Shown here piece by piece: positions 19,484 through 28,531 of a DNA stretch of 32,000 nucleotides; positions within the stretch are counted from its first letter, which is position 1, and the number at the start of each line of letters is the position of its first letter. The notes beneath the pieces were generated by a model. It saw only the letters and a program-made list of their open reading frames with translations. It was not told the origin of the DNA and ran no database searches. The position numbers were made by a program, and so were the translations under genes. Source of the stretch: Promethearchaeota archaeon (GTDB taxonomy: Archaea; Asgardarchaeota; Lokiarchaeia; Sigyniarchaeales; Promethearchaeaceae); assembly GCA_016933055.1 (NCBI GenBank), contig JAFGBS010000019.1:60001-92000 (forward strand), given 5' to 3'.

Positions 19484-20125
19484 TTAGACAATTTCCAAAA
19501 ATGACTTTATTTCTTTTTCTGTTAAATGCATCGTCCTAGTTCCATCAACATGCTTGACCAACCCTTTCTCTTCATAGAATCTAATTACGGGACCAGCGTT
19601 TTCTTCATATGTATCAATTCTTTTATTCATCGTCTCTTCCGTGTCATCACTGCGATGGACTAATTTTGCACCACATATATCACAGATTCCTTCTTTTTTG
19701 GGTGGTATGCTGAATTTATTATAGATTGCATTACATTCGGGACAAGAGATTCTTCCTAAGACTCGGTTCAATAGTTCTTGTCGTGGAACATCCAAAACCA
19801 ATACAACCTCTGCCGGAGCGATCTCTTCCAACTTCTCTGCTTGACTTAAGGTGCGTGGAAATCCATCTAATAAATATCCGTAATTCTTAACATCATCCCT
19901 TTTAAGACGATCTTCCACCATATCAATCACTAACTCATCCGGTACCAATTTTCCACTATCCATATATTCTTTCGCTTTAAGTCCAAGGGGTGTTTCATTT
20001 TTTTTATTCTCTCGTAAAATATCACCTGTAGAAATATGAGGAATTTGGGGTAAGATCTTCTTAATTTTTCCCGCTAAAGTGCCCTTTCCTGCAGCAGGGG
20101 CACCAAAAAGCACTATTTGTTTCAT
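19484..20125 (-). CDS. adk: Adenylate kinase, bacterial-type long form with Zn-binding LID
   Basis: GAPAAGKGT, HISTGDILR, GKLVPDE, LDGFPRT, LID CPEC...CDIC, RSDD. Confidence 0.96.
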   Translation of the reverse strand: MKQIVLFGAPAAGKGTLAGKIKKILPQIPHISTGDILRENKKNETPLGLKAKEYMDSGKLVPDELVIDMVEDRLKRDDVKNYGYLLDGFPRTLSQAEKLEEIAPAEVVLVLDVPRQELLNRVLGRISCPECNAIYNKFSIPPKKEGICDICGAKLVHRSDDTEETMNKRIDTYEENAGPVIRFYEEKGLVKHVDGTRTMHLTEKEIKSFLEIV

Positions 20126-20240
20126 CTTTACTAATCTCTAATTTTCTTCTAAAATTGATAAGGAACTAGTACCATCATTTATAGAATTTTCTTCCCTAAG
20201 CAACAAGCTTTTTAAAGCAATGCGGAAGCTTTCTCTACAT

Positions 20241-21071
20241 ATGTCGAGTAATTCCAATAATCGTAGAGCAAAATTACAATTCCCAATCTATATCGGCTTA
20301 TGGATTCCTTATTACTTGTTGAGTATTGCTCCCGCGATTATTTTAGTAGCGTTATATTGTTATTATCTTCTTTTTCCATTGTTCAATTCTTCTATTGTCT
20401 TTACATGGAGTCAATCTTTAGTATTTTTTATTACTCCCCTCGTATTGCTCGCACTTTATCTCTTCAAACTGTTTTGTTCTGCAACCATGGCAAAGTTCTA
20501 CTATTGGATGTTCAACAAAATCCGACCCAGAAAAGAGATGATAAATGCATTACCACGAGGGGAGACCGCACCTGATGTTCAAATGTATTGGACGCGGAAC
20601 TTTTTTTTACGGCTTATTAAATGGGAGTTTACCAAATGCCCATTTCCATGGTTGGTGAACTGGATGTTTAATTATGTTGGTTCCACCAAAATAGGAAAAG
20701 GTGCCGTTATAGATAAACCGGGGTATATCTGCCAAGAGTATCTTGAATTAGGGAAAAATTGTTATATTGGTCCGATGTCGGCTCAAAGTACACATGTCAA
20801 TGAGGGTGTCTATGGAGGGTTTTCCCTAAAGAGAATCGTAATGGCAAACAACTCAGTATTATGCACACGTTGTATGATCGGCCCTGGAGTAGAAATTGGT
20901 GAAAATACACAGATATTACCTATGAGTGGAATAACAAAATTCACAAAACTTAAGCCAGATTCAACTTATTACGGACTACCGGTAGGACGAATATCAGATA
21001 AGCGCTTCCAGAAATTCGTACAACTCCCTAGTGAATTGAAAAATACCACTAAGGAGGAACCCTCAAAATGA
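20241..21071 (+). CDS. Membrane-anchored left-handed beta-helix (hexapeptide repeat) acyltransferase-like protein A
   Basis: Two TM helices, aromatic YWTR/FPW block, hexapeptides KIGKGAVID, LGKNCYIG, IGPGVEIGENTQI, end YYGLP. TTTAAA at 20211-20216 fits a leaderless ATG 20241. Confidence 0.75.
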   Translation: MSSNSNNRRAKLQFPIYIGLWIPYYLLSIAPAIILVALYCYYLLFPLFNSSIVFTWSQSLVFFITPLVLLALYLFKLFCSATMAKFYYWMFNKIRPRKEMINALPRGETAPDVQMYWTRNFFLRLIKWEFTKCPFPWLVNWMFNYVGSTKIGKGAVIDKPGYICQEYLELGKNCYIGPMSAQSTHVNEGVYGGFSLKRIVMANNSVLCTRCMIGPGVEIGENTQILPMSGITKFTKLKPDSTYYGLPVGRISDKRFQKFVQLPSELKNTTKEEPSK

Positions 21072-21892
21072 GTTCAATGCCTGCTACATTACAAGGTGGA
21101 CCAGTAACCACAAACACATTAGCAAAAGGATGGTACATATTCCTTCACATCCTCTTAATCTGGTTGTCAGCTCTACCACCATTGTTTCTTATTTGGGTGA
21201 GAATTCGCCTTGTTTCATCTATAACGTGGGTGTTTTTTCTATCACTACCGATATTTGTTGTAGCTTGGTATTTTGTGTGGTTATTCAGTGCAATTTTTTT
21301 CAGTAAGCTCTCTCTGGTCATCATAACTCTTATTCATAAACCTCGGGAAGGATATTTTCCACGTACTCCGAAAAACAATGATTACAGATTTTGGTCTTTA
21401 CGAGCCACAGTGAAGAAGTTCGCTTTTTTTATCTGTCATAATTTTCCCCTGCCTTGGTTAGATATAATTGCTTTTAAATGGTTTGGTGTTAAGGTATCGA
21501 TGAGTACTTCTTTATTTGATGCCTGGGTAGATTCAGAATTTATTGAGATTGGGAAACACACGATGATTGGTCAAGGAAGTGTGCTTATGAGTTCTATGGT
21601 GACACGAGATTGGTTAATTCTTCGAAAAATTAGAATTGGTGATCATTGCGTAATTGGGGGTTATTCGGTAGTAGCCCCTGGGACGGTAATTGAGGATAAT
21701 GTCGTACTTGCGGTACATTCTTCCACATCTGTCGGTCAAACTCTCGAATCGGATTGGGTATACATAGGACAACCTGCAAAAAAATACAAGAAGAATGAAT
21801 TCATGTCGATAGAAGAAAGTGATGAATGGCTAGAGAAAAAGAAATACAAATATGAGAATTCGAAATCCAACGAATTCGACATACCATCATAA
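21068..21892 (+). CDS. Membrane-anchored left-handed beta-helix acyltransferase-like protein B
   Basis: Same layout as protein A: PREGYF, YRFW, FPLPWL, IEIGKHTMIG, IRIGDHCVIG, APGTVIEDN, YIGQPA. ATGA overlap and GGAGG RBS at 21053-21057. Confidence 0.78.
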   Translation: MSSMPATLQGGPVTTNTLAKGWYIFLHILLIWLSALPPLFLIWVRIRLVSSITWVFFLSLPIFVVAWYFVWLFSAIFFSKLSLVIITLIHKPREGYFPRTPKNNDYRFWSLRATVKKFAFFICHNFPLPWLDIIAFKWFGVKVSMSTSLFDAWVDSEFIEIGKHTMIGQGSVLMSSMVTRDWLILRKIRIGDHCVIGGYSVVAPGTVIEDNVVLAVHSSTSVGQTLESDWVYIGQPAKKYKKNEFMSIEESDEWLEKKKYKYENSKSNEFDIPS

Positions 21893-21958
21893 AAAGAAAA
21901 ACCTAAGCAATAAAGATATGAATCATTGAGATTAGTATCAATATAGGAAAGCATTATC

Positions 21959-23251
21959 ATGTCTATGACTCAAAAAATCCTAAGTACTCATATAGTGAAG
22001 GATGACTCCACATCCCCCGTGATTCCCGAGATTGGAGAAATTATTGAGGTAGAAATTGACGTAATAATGGTGCATGAGCAACTAGGGGGGAGAATTGCTC
22101 CCGAATATGAGAAATTAGGATTAGATTACATAAAACACCCGGAACGAGTAGTATTTATCTTGGATCACTGGGTCCCTTCTCCTACAATCGACGCATCTAA
22201 TATGCATATCCGAGCTAATGAATTTGCAAAAAAATATAAAATCGAAAATATTCTCGGTGAAAATAAGGGGATTTGCCATACAGTTCTTCCCGAGCAAGGA
22301 TTCATAGCACCTGGAATGATTGCAATTGGTTCAGATAGCCATACTACAACATATGGTGCGTTCAATTGCTTTTCCACCGGTGTGGGAGCTACCGATATCT
22401 GTAATGCCTTTGCTACAGGGACTTTGTGGTTTAAGGTACCCGAACCCTTACATCTAATTATCAAGAAATCCACTTTTGAGAAAGGGGTCTTTGCGAAAGA
22501 CTTGGCATTAAGTTTGCTCGAAGAATATGGAGTTGACGATTTAATTTATCAAGCAATGGAATTTAGCGGTCCTGGGTTGCGGAACTTAACCATATCTTCA
22601 CGAGTCACCCTAGCAAACATGAGTGTTGAGATGGGTGCGAAAAATGCGATATTTGAATTTGATTCGATTACAGAAAATTGGTTATTGCAGAATTCTTACT
22701 ATCTATCGCGTCATGGAGAGCATTTTAATTCTATCTCTTGTGACGAAATTGTGGAAGGAAAATCTAAGACCATCGATCTCTCAACTATCCAACCCATGAT
22801 AGCGAAACCTTACAGCCCTGACAATGTAAGTGAAGTAAATGACTGTATCGGAATTGAAATCGATCAAGGTTTTATTGGTAGCTGCACTAATGGAAGTTTG
22901 GAAGACCTCCGCTCTGCTGCTTACATCCTTAAGGGACACACTGTTCATCCGGATACTCGATGTGTGGTGATTCCGGCATCCGCTGAAATTTATCTAGAAG
23001 CAATGCGGGAAGGATTAATTGAGATTTTCATGAAAGCTGGATGTATTGTTGGCCCATCTACGTGCGGTCCATGCTTTGGGGGTCACATGGGAGTGTTGGG
23101 AGATAATGAAGTTTGCATTAGTACCACCAATCGGAACTTTCGAGGAAGGATGGGATCTTATAGTGCTCAAGTATATCTCGCCTCCCCGGCAACCGTGGCA
23201 GCATCCGTTATACAAGGGAAAATAACATCTCCCTCAACTTACATGGAGTGA
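21959..23251 (+). CDS. leuC: 3-isopropylmalate dehydratase/homoaconitase large subunit
   Basis: VHE, DHWVP, GICH, GSDSHT, GSCTNG, CGPCFG (three Fe-S Cys), TTNRNFRGRMG, LASPATVAAS. LeuC versus HacA cannot be resolved from the sequence. Confidence 0.9.
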   Translation: MSMTQKILSTHIVKDDSTSPVIPEIGEIIEVEIDVIMVHEQLGGRIAPEYEKLGLDYIKHPERVVFILDHWVPSPTIDASNMHIRANEFAKKYKIENILGENKGICHTVLPEQGFIAPGMIAIGSDSHTTTYGAFNCFSTGVGATDICNAFATGTLWFKVPEPLHLIIKKSTFEKGVFAKDLALSLLEEYGVDDLIYQAMEFSGPGLRNLTISSRVTLANMSVEMGAKNAIFEFDSITENWLLQNSYYLSRHGEHFNSISCDEIVEGKSKTIDLSTIQPMIAKPYSPDNVSEVNDCIGIEIDQGFIGSCTNGSLEDLRSAAYILKGHTVHPDTRCVVIPASAEIYLEAMREGLIEIFMKAGCIVGPSTCGPCFGGHMGVLGDNEVCISTTNRNFRGRMGSYSAQVYLASPATVAASVIQGKITSPSTYME

Positions 23252-23259
23252 AACGCAAG

Positions 23260-23760
23260 ATGAACACCATCACAGGTAAAGTTTGGGTTTTTGGGGATTT
23301 TATTGATACAGATCTTATCATTCCTCATGCCTATCTGGCTACTTCTGATCCTTCAGAATTAACTAAACATGCTTTTGAAAGTATATATGAAAATTTTTAT
23401 CAAAAAGTGAAACGCGGCGATATTATAATCGCTGGGAAAAACTTCGGAACGGGTTCGTCCAGGGAGGAAGCAGTATTTGTGCTAAAGCAAATGGGTATAG
23501 CTGCTGTGATTGCAGAATCATTTGCACGTATATATTATCGAAATCTCATAAACTTAGGAATATTAGCAATTCAAATAGAGAACATAACTCATGCAGTGAA
23601 AAATGGTGACATTATAACGATAGATTGCAGAAATGGCACGTTACAAAATACTACCACTTCAGAAACATTCATATTTCCGTCTTTTCCCTCATTCATAGTG
23701 AATCTAATTGAAAAAGGGGGGACTATACATTTCCTGAAAGAAAAATTAGGGAAACATTAA
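23260..23760 (+). CDS. leuD: 3-isopropylmalate dehydratase/homoaconitase small subunit
   Basis: GKVWVFGD.IDTD.IIP, AGKNFGTGSSRE, AESFARIYYRN.IN.G. GGAG upstream of ATG 23260. Confidence 0.9.
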   Translation: MNTITGKVWVFGDFIDTDLIIPHAYLATSDPSELTKHAFESIYENFYQKVKRGDIIIAGKNFGTGSSREEAVFVLKQMGIAAVIAESFARIYYRNLINLGILAIQIENITHAVKNGDIITIDCRNGTLQNTTTSETFIFPSFPSFIVNLIEKGGTIHFLKEKLGKH

Positions 23761-24321
23761 CTTATAAATAAAAATCTCGAGATCTTCTACTCTTTTTTTG
23801 GAACGCAATAAAAATTCATTTTCTCCGTAGCGAGCAAACCAATTTTTGAATCTTTGCTCGATTGAGACTTGTTGAACTCCGATAAAATATTTATCTGCTA
23901 AACAGACGATCTTTTCTTCAACAGATTCAGGAAAATAATCCTTTGGAGGTAATCCGAACTCTTTTGCCTCCTCCTTTGAAATTCCTCCTAATATATGAGT
24001 TTCTGCTATCCGAGCTAATTGTTCGCTGAATTTTAACTCTTCTCTGATGATTTGCCCTCCAATCACCGCATGATCATAATCATGGGAACGTACACGACCG
24101 ATATCATGTAATATTGCCCCAATACGAACAAGTTTAAAATTTACGGGAGCAGCACTAATCTTAGTAGCAAATTTTATCGCTTTTCGGGACACTGCTAAAA
24201 CGTGGTTGACAATATTTTTGGATAGATTCATCTCCTGCAAAATTTTGATTGCTTCCGTTTTTGAGGGAATATAGCCGATAACTGCAGTTCCGCTTAAATC
24301 ATCATCTTCAAAATAGTGCAT
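23746..24321 (-). CDS. HD/HDIG-domain metal-dependent phosphohydrolase (archaeal family)
   Basis: HVLAV, LHDIGR, DHAVIG, ETH, EEKIVCLADK. Confidence 0.88.
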   Translation of the reverse strand: MHYFEDDDLSGTAVIGYIPSKTEAIKILQEMNLSKNIVNHVLAVSRKAIKFATKISAAPVNFKLVRIGAILHDIGRVRSHDYDHAVIGGQIIREELKFSEQLARIAETHILGGISKEEAKEFGLPPKDYFPESVEEKIVCLADKYFIGVQQVSIEQRFKNWFARYGENEFLLRSKKRVEDLEIFIYKLMFP

Positions 24322-24372
24322 CCAAATAACTCCGTGATCTATCGAATATTCAGAAAGCCTAAAATGTTTTGC

Positions 24373-25038
24373 TTATAGCTTTAATTCGGTGAATATGTCT
24401 TTCTCAAAACTCTTGATTCGGACTAATTTTTTATTCCATTTAATAAAATGGTACCATTGATATACCATATACACGAGTAGAATGAACACCGATGCTCCAT
24501 TCAGATACCATGTTACTTTCGCGAAACCTTCTAAAGCTAAGGAAAGCGACATACCTATAATAAAGAAATCAAATCCCCAGATTAGATAGACGATTGAAAC
24601 CAAATTTAATAAAATAAATAAGGTTCTAGTATTCTGCATATAAGAGATGATACTATAAAAGATATTAGTCAAAGATGTCCGTGACATTTGCTTTTCTACA
24701 GGTAAAGGCACATTTTTTGGATAATATTTTTGTTTTTGGTACTCATGGAACTCATTTTTCCATTTTTTCAGAAATATGAATTGCCCCATCGCAAAAATGG
24801 TCAGTATTGTAAAAATTACTAGAGGAATGATAATATCGACCAACCTACGAATCAAGATCCAATTTTTAATGATAGCAAGCATTACGAAAGAAAAATTGAC
24901 CAGATTTACAGCAATACAATAGGTTGGAAAAATGCCACTCCAAAGCAAATACATCTGCTCTCGGATAATATAGTTAAAACTATTTCGGAGAAGATCTTCG
25001 TATTTTTCCTTTCTATTGCTTTCTTTATTCTTTGACAT
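24373..25038 (-). CDS. Hypothetical 4-TM membrane protein with internal duplication
   Basis: Two 2-TM halves ending QFIFLKKW and QWYHFIKW. Starts 3 nt after the wHTH gene stop. Confidence 0.75.
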   Translation of the reverse strand: MSKNKESNRKEKYEDLLRNSFNYIIREQMYLLWSGIFPTYCIAVNLVNFSFVMLAIIKNWILIRRLVDIIIPLVIFTILTIFAMGQFIFLKKWKNEFHEYQKQKYYPKNVPLPVEKQMSRTSLTNIFYSIISYMQNTRTLFILLNLVSIVYLIWGFDFFIIGMSLSLALEGFAKVTWYLNGASVFILLVYMVYQWYHFIKWNKKLVRIKSFEKDIFTELKL

Positions 25039-25041
25039 TTA

Positions 25042-25335
25042 TCACTCATCCTCTAATAATTCACTATTGATTTTAACGAACCATTCATACCGAGTTTTTC
25101 CTAATTCTGTGATATTATAACGAATTTTCATCCGTTCTTTCCCCCATGATTCCTCAAAACATGCAATATATCCTGCAGATTCCATTTTGTTGAGATATTT
25201 TTCTGCAGTTGAAGTTTTCAATCCACAAATTTCGATTAGATGGGATTTAACTACTCCTTCACCGGGTTGATCATCTAACAAGGACTCCAGTATATTTTGA
25301 ATGATCATGTTTGAAGTTCGATAGTTATTTCCCAT
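25042..25335 (-). CDS. Winged helix-turn-helix DNA-binding protein
   Basis: RTSNMIIQNIL..., KSHLIEICGL.TSTAEKYLNKM...GYI, wing YNITELG, typical of small archaeal wHTH proteins. Confidence 0.82.
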   Translation of the reverse strand: MGNNYRTSNMIIQNILESLLDDQPGEGVVKSHLIEICGLKTSTAEKYLNKMESAGYIACFEESWGKERMKIRYNITELGKTRYEWFVKINSELLEDE

Positions 25336-25344
25336 AAGAAAATC

Positions 25345-25396
25345 ACTTTGGTTAAGTTTTATGGACCATTGGTCCGAAACCTTTCGGAACTTTGGT
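25345..25396. promoter_or_regulatory. Candidate operator: two overlapping inverted repeats bracketed by a direct repeat
   Basis: GGACCA-T-TGGTCC at 25363-25375, TCCGAAA-CC-TTTCGGA at 25373-25388, ACTTTGGT at 25345-25352 and 25389-25396, TATA-like TTTATAT at 25406-25412. Confidence 0.55.
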
Positions 25397-25473
25397 CTAC
25401 AACGATTTATATTGTCCAGCTCGATATGTCATAATACTAGTTTTTAAGTAAAAAAGTTATTGAGGATAACAAA

Positions 25474-27093
25474 ATGAAAAAAACAACTAAACTATTATTT
25501 ACACTGGTACTCACTTGCCTATCCCTGCTAACTGTTGAGATAGGAACGTTTGTACTTGCCATTCCTCCCACAGATACGCATTTCCAATCCTATACGGGAC
25601 ATAGCTTGAGTGAAGATTCTTGGAATTTGATTTATGATGTGATTGGGGATCAAGTAGTAACTGATTATTCCCCCGGACCTTTTGCGGAAAATATTACATA
25701 TGGGCTTACTGATGATCGACTAATAACAGATGCAAATTTTTACGTGGCATATACGAATTTTGGACAAATACAATCTATGTATATCGCGAATCAAAATATC
25801 ACTCTATCTACACTTAATGCTACCAAATATGGATGCTCTCCATATCAGTTGATGATAAATCATTTTCATACTGCCGGAGATTTAGAAGTATTTACAATTA
25901 ACACTTTCATGGGCTTACTTGCATATCGTGAGAACGCAACTGTTCGAAACGGAATACCAAATATGAATGAAGAAATGTATCTTGGGTGGACTGCATATAG
26001 TGAACTCTTCAAACATTTATTTAATGAAGGTTTAGAGCGATCGGGAGTTCCCGAGCCCCATCGATTTAACCCTCTTCAGCGAACATCTGGTACACCCATT
26101 CAGATGACGGAAGAAACCGTAGATAATGAAATCACCTATCGATATGGGATGACATATGAAGATATCTTTGTCGTCTGGCAAGAAATTGAGGTAAATACAA
26201 TCAGTTTAAACGATACGGATCGATTAAATTATGTCAATGTAGTAGAACGTGTATCAGCCTTTGGTGTGTTGGATAGTTTAAACTATACATATGAAGTGAA
26301 AGGAATTAATTCAGAATCGGGTGAAGCTAACGTATCTACTACAACTTCATATGAAATTGGAGAATTCTCTCAGTTATGGATTATGGATGATACTCCAACG
26401 GTAGCTGTTCATTTTGGGGGTTATAATTACACCTACATAACCGGTAGACCAATGGCGTATTATAATGAGACTAGCAGTATCACCGATCGTTTAGATGGCG
26501 ATGCAACGATTCCCGGTTTTAGTCTGGCAGTGGCTAATTATGCGAATTTATTTGTATTAGGTGTTCGACCTCCCGAGCGAGTCCTACGAGATGATGAGAA
26601 TATCGAATTTAATCCAGATTCGGATCGCAATATCACTCGTTCCGAAATCATGTTGCGTGCTCGCCGGAAATTGGTTAAAGCATTTGAAATTAGTTTTAAG
26701 GGAAAGGAAACATATATTTTGGATGGAGATATTGGTAATCCTAAACAAGCAATCAACGTAATTGTCGCTAATACAAAAATGAGAAATCCTATGGCGACTC
26801 ATCTTTATTCAATAGCCTCAAGTTTCATAGAACGAGTCTTCAGAACTATATATAGAGACTTTGGTACCGATGAACAGAATTTGATTATATATAATTCAGA
26901 ATCTCTCTTCTATTTGACATGTTTTCCAGAGTGGGGAGGAAAATCCATAATTAATGATCCAACATTCACCGTGTTCGGAAATCTCGGAGCGTTCCTTGGA
27001 ATTCCTGGTATGCAAATCGGATTAATAATTATTCTATCATTAGTAGCTGTAACAGCAGTATATTTTGTTTTGCGTAGAAAACGCAAGATATAA
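25474..27093 (+). CDS. Secreted surface glycoprotein with C-terminal IPG-TM-basic anchor (Loki-CTERM-like)
   Basis: Signal peptide MKKTTK plus hydrophobic stretch, 10 NxS/T sequons, tail GIPGMQ-hydrophobic helix-RRKRKI. Confidence 0.8.
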   Translation: MKKTTKLLFTLVLTCLSLLTVEIGTFVLAIPPTDTHFQSYTGHSLSEDSWNLIYDVIGDQVVTDYSPGPFAENITYGLTDDRLITDANFYVAYTNFGQIQSMYIANQNITLSTLNATKYGCSPYQLMINHFHTAGDLEVFTINTFMGLLAYRENATVRNGIPNMNEEMYLGWTAYSELFKHLFNEGLERSGVPEPHRFNPLQRTSGTPIQMTEETVDNEITYRYGMTYEDIFVVWQEIEVNTISLNDTDRLNYVNVVERVSAFGVLDSLNYTYEVKGINSESGEANVSTTTSYEIGEFSQLWIMDDTPTVAVHFGGYNYTYITGRPMAYYNETSSITDRLDGDATIPGFSLAVANYANLFVLGVRPPERVLRDDENIEFNPDSDRNITRSEIMLRARRKLVKAFEISFKGKETYILDGDIGNPKQAINVIVANTKMRNPMATHLYSIASSFIERVFRTIYRDFGTDEQNLIIYNSESLFYLTCFPEWGGKSIINDPTFTVFGNLGAFLGIPGMQIGLIIILSLVAVTAVYFVLRRKRKI

Positions 27094-27108
27094 TTTTTTT
27101 TTTATATC
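27087..27108. terminator. Inverted repeat with oligo-T between convergent genes
   Basis: GATATAA-T8-TTATATC spans both stop codons. T10 tract at 27094-27103. Confidence 0.45.
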
Positions 27109-28213
27109 ACAAATAATCTGTAATTTGAGTTTGAATTTTAGATGCATCTTGTTCTAGGTTAGAAAATCGAATTCCAATTAACCGGATTTTGGAATTTCTG
27201 TCTTGTGTGTATTTTCTTGAGAAATGATTAAACATCCCTTGTAATTTTTTTTCAACCAACAACTTGTCCCTAAAAGGGACCTTCAGAGTTTTTGAACGAG
27301 TATAAGTGGCAAATCCACTTAAACGAATCTTTAATGTTATGGTGCTATAGCGATATTTTTGTTTTTCCAATATTTCATGGATTCGAGAATTTAATTCATG
27401 TATTTTTTGGAGTATAATTTCGTGATCGGTCACATCTTCAGTAAAAGTTCGCTCTTTGCCGATGCTTTTTCTGTTATAAAATTCACCAACGGGACGAGAA
27501 TCATTTCCCCCGATCACATTCCATATCCACACTCCATGGTCACCGAAAAATGCCACCAGATTGCTTAATCCGGTTTTATAAAGATCATTGATAGTATATA
27601 TTCCCTTTTTATGAAACCCAAGTTTTGATTTTTTTCCGATCCCCGGAATTTTGGTTATATCCATTGGGTTGAGAAATTCTTGAATTTTTTGGGGTTCTAC
27701 TATTGTAATACCATTCGGTTTATTGAAATCCGAGGCAATTTTTGCAATGGATTTAGTACTCGATATTCCAATGGAGCATGTGATACCCACCCGCTCAAGA
27801 ATTGTTTTTTGGATAGATTCCGCAAGTGTGTATGCATCTTGGTAACTTCCACAAGATCTAGTAAAATCCATATAGGCTTCATCAATACTCGCCTGTTGAA
27901 ATTCTATTTGATAGGATTTAAGAATAGACATGACCTGATAGGAAACCTTTTGGTATTTTTCATAATTCCCTCGCAGATACACTCCATGGGAGCATAATTT
28001 ATATGCTTGTGAAATAGGCATTGCACTGTGCAAACCGTACTTTCGTGCTTCATAGGAACATGTTGTTACTACTCCCCTCCCCTTTCCCTCCTTAGGGTCT
28101 GCTCCAATTATCACAGGAATCCCTTGTAACTTTGGATCATCCCGAATCTCTACTGCAGCGAAGAATGCATCTAGATCAAGATGAAAAATTATTCGTTGGT
28201 TAACTGTCATCAT
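27107..28213 (-). CDS. dinB: DNA polymerase IV (Y family)
   Basis: FHLDLDAFFAAVE, TCSYEAR, SIDEAY, AKIASD.NKPNG, IPGIG, KSIGKERTF little finger. Confidence 0.96.
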   Translation of the reverse strand: MMTVNQRIIFHLDLDAFFAAVEIRDDPKLQGIPVIIGADPKEGKGRGVVTTCSYEARKYGLHSAMPISQAYKLCSHGVYLRGNYEKYQKVSYQVMSILKSYQIEFQQASIDEAYMDFTRSCGSYQDAYTLAESIQKTILERVGITCSIGISSTKSIAKIASDFNKPNGITIVEPQKIQEFLNPMDITKIPGIGKKSKLGFHKKGIYTINDLYKTGLSNLVAFFGDHGVWIWNVIGGNDSRPVGEFYNRKSIGKERTFTEDVTDHEIILQKIHELNSRIHEILEKQKYRYSTITLKIRLSGFATYTRSKTLKVPFRDKLLVEKKLQGMFNHFSRKYTQDRNSKIRLIGIRFSNLEQDASKIQTQITDYL

Positions 28214-28531
28214 ATTAGAATTCCATACTCGATCAATATTTGAAATGATAATTTACTAAAGAGTGTGTGAGCACTTTTTACCTTTAATTCAAATATGATG
28301 GAGTGGGTTGATGGTAAGAAAATTCTAACTAACGACTTTATAGCGCGTACCGAATGGATCGCAATTTTATTGTTCTGAGGAAAAAAGGTTTTTTAATTAA
28401 CCGAGACAAAGAAGAATAATCCGAAGAATACCATCGAAAGAGACAAAATATTATTCTCTGAGATGCACTATTCTTGTATCAAAACATTTAAACAAAATCA
28501 GAATCTTGTTAGAATTTAGGTGTTAAAGAAC

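Noticed and set aside
27107-28213. dinB as a marker of a mutagenesis cassette or mobile element
   Set aside because: No imuA/umuD, integrase, transposase or terminal repeats nearby, so it looks like an ordinary chromosomal copy.
28295-28378. 27-codon ORF MMEWVDGKKILTNDFIARTEWIAILLF upstream of paralog A
   Set aside because: Too short to support, with no clear RBS or family resemblance.
9210-28522. GTG starts at 9210, 23248 and 28520
   Set aside because: Each GTG is part of, or abuts, the AGGTG/GGAG ribosome-binding site of a downstream ATG.
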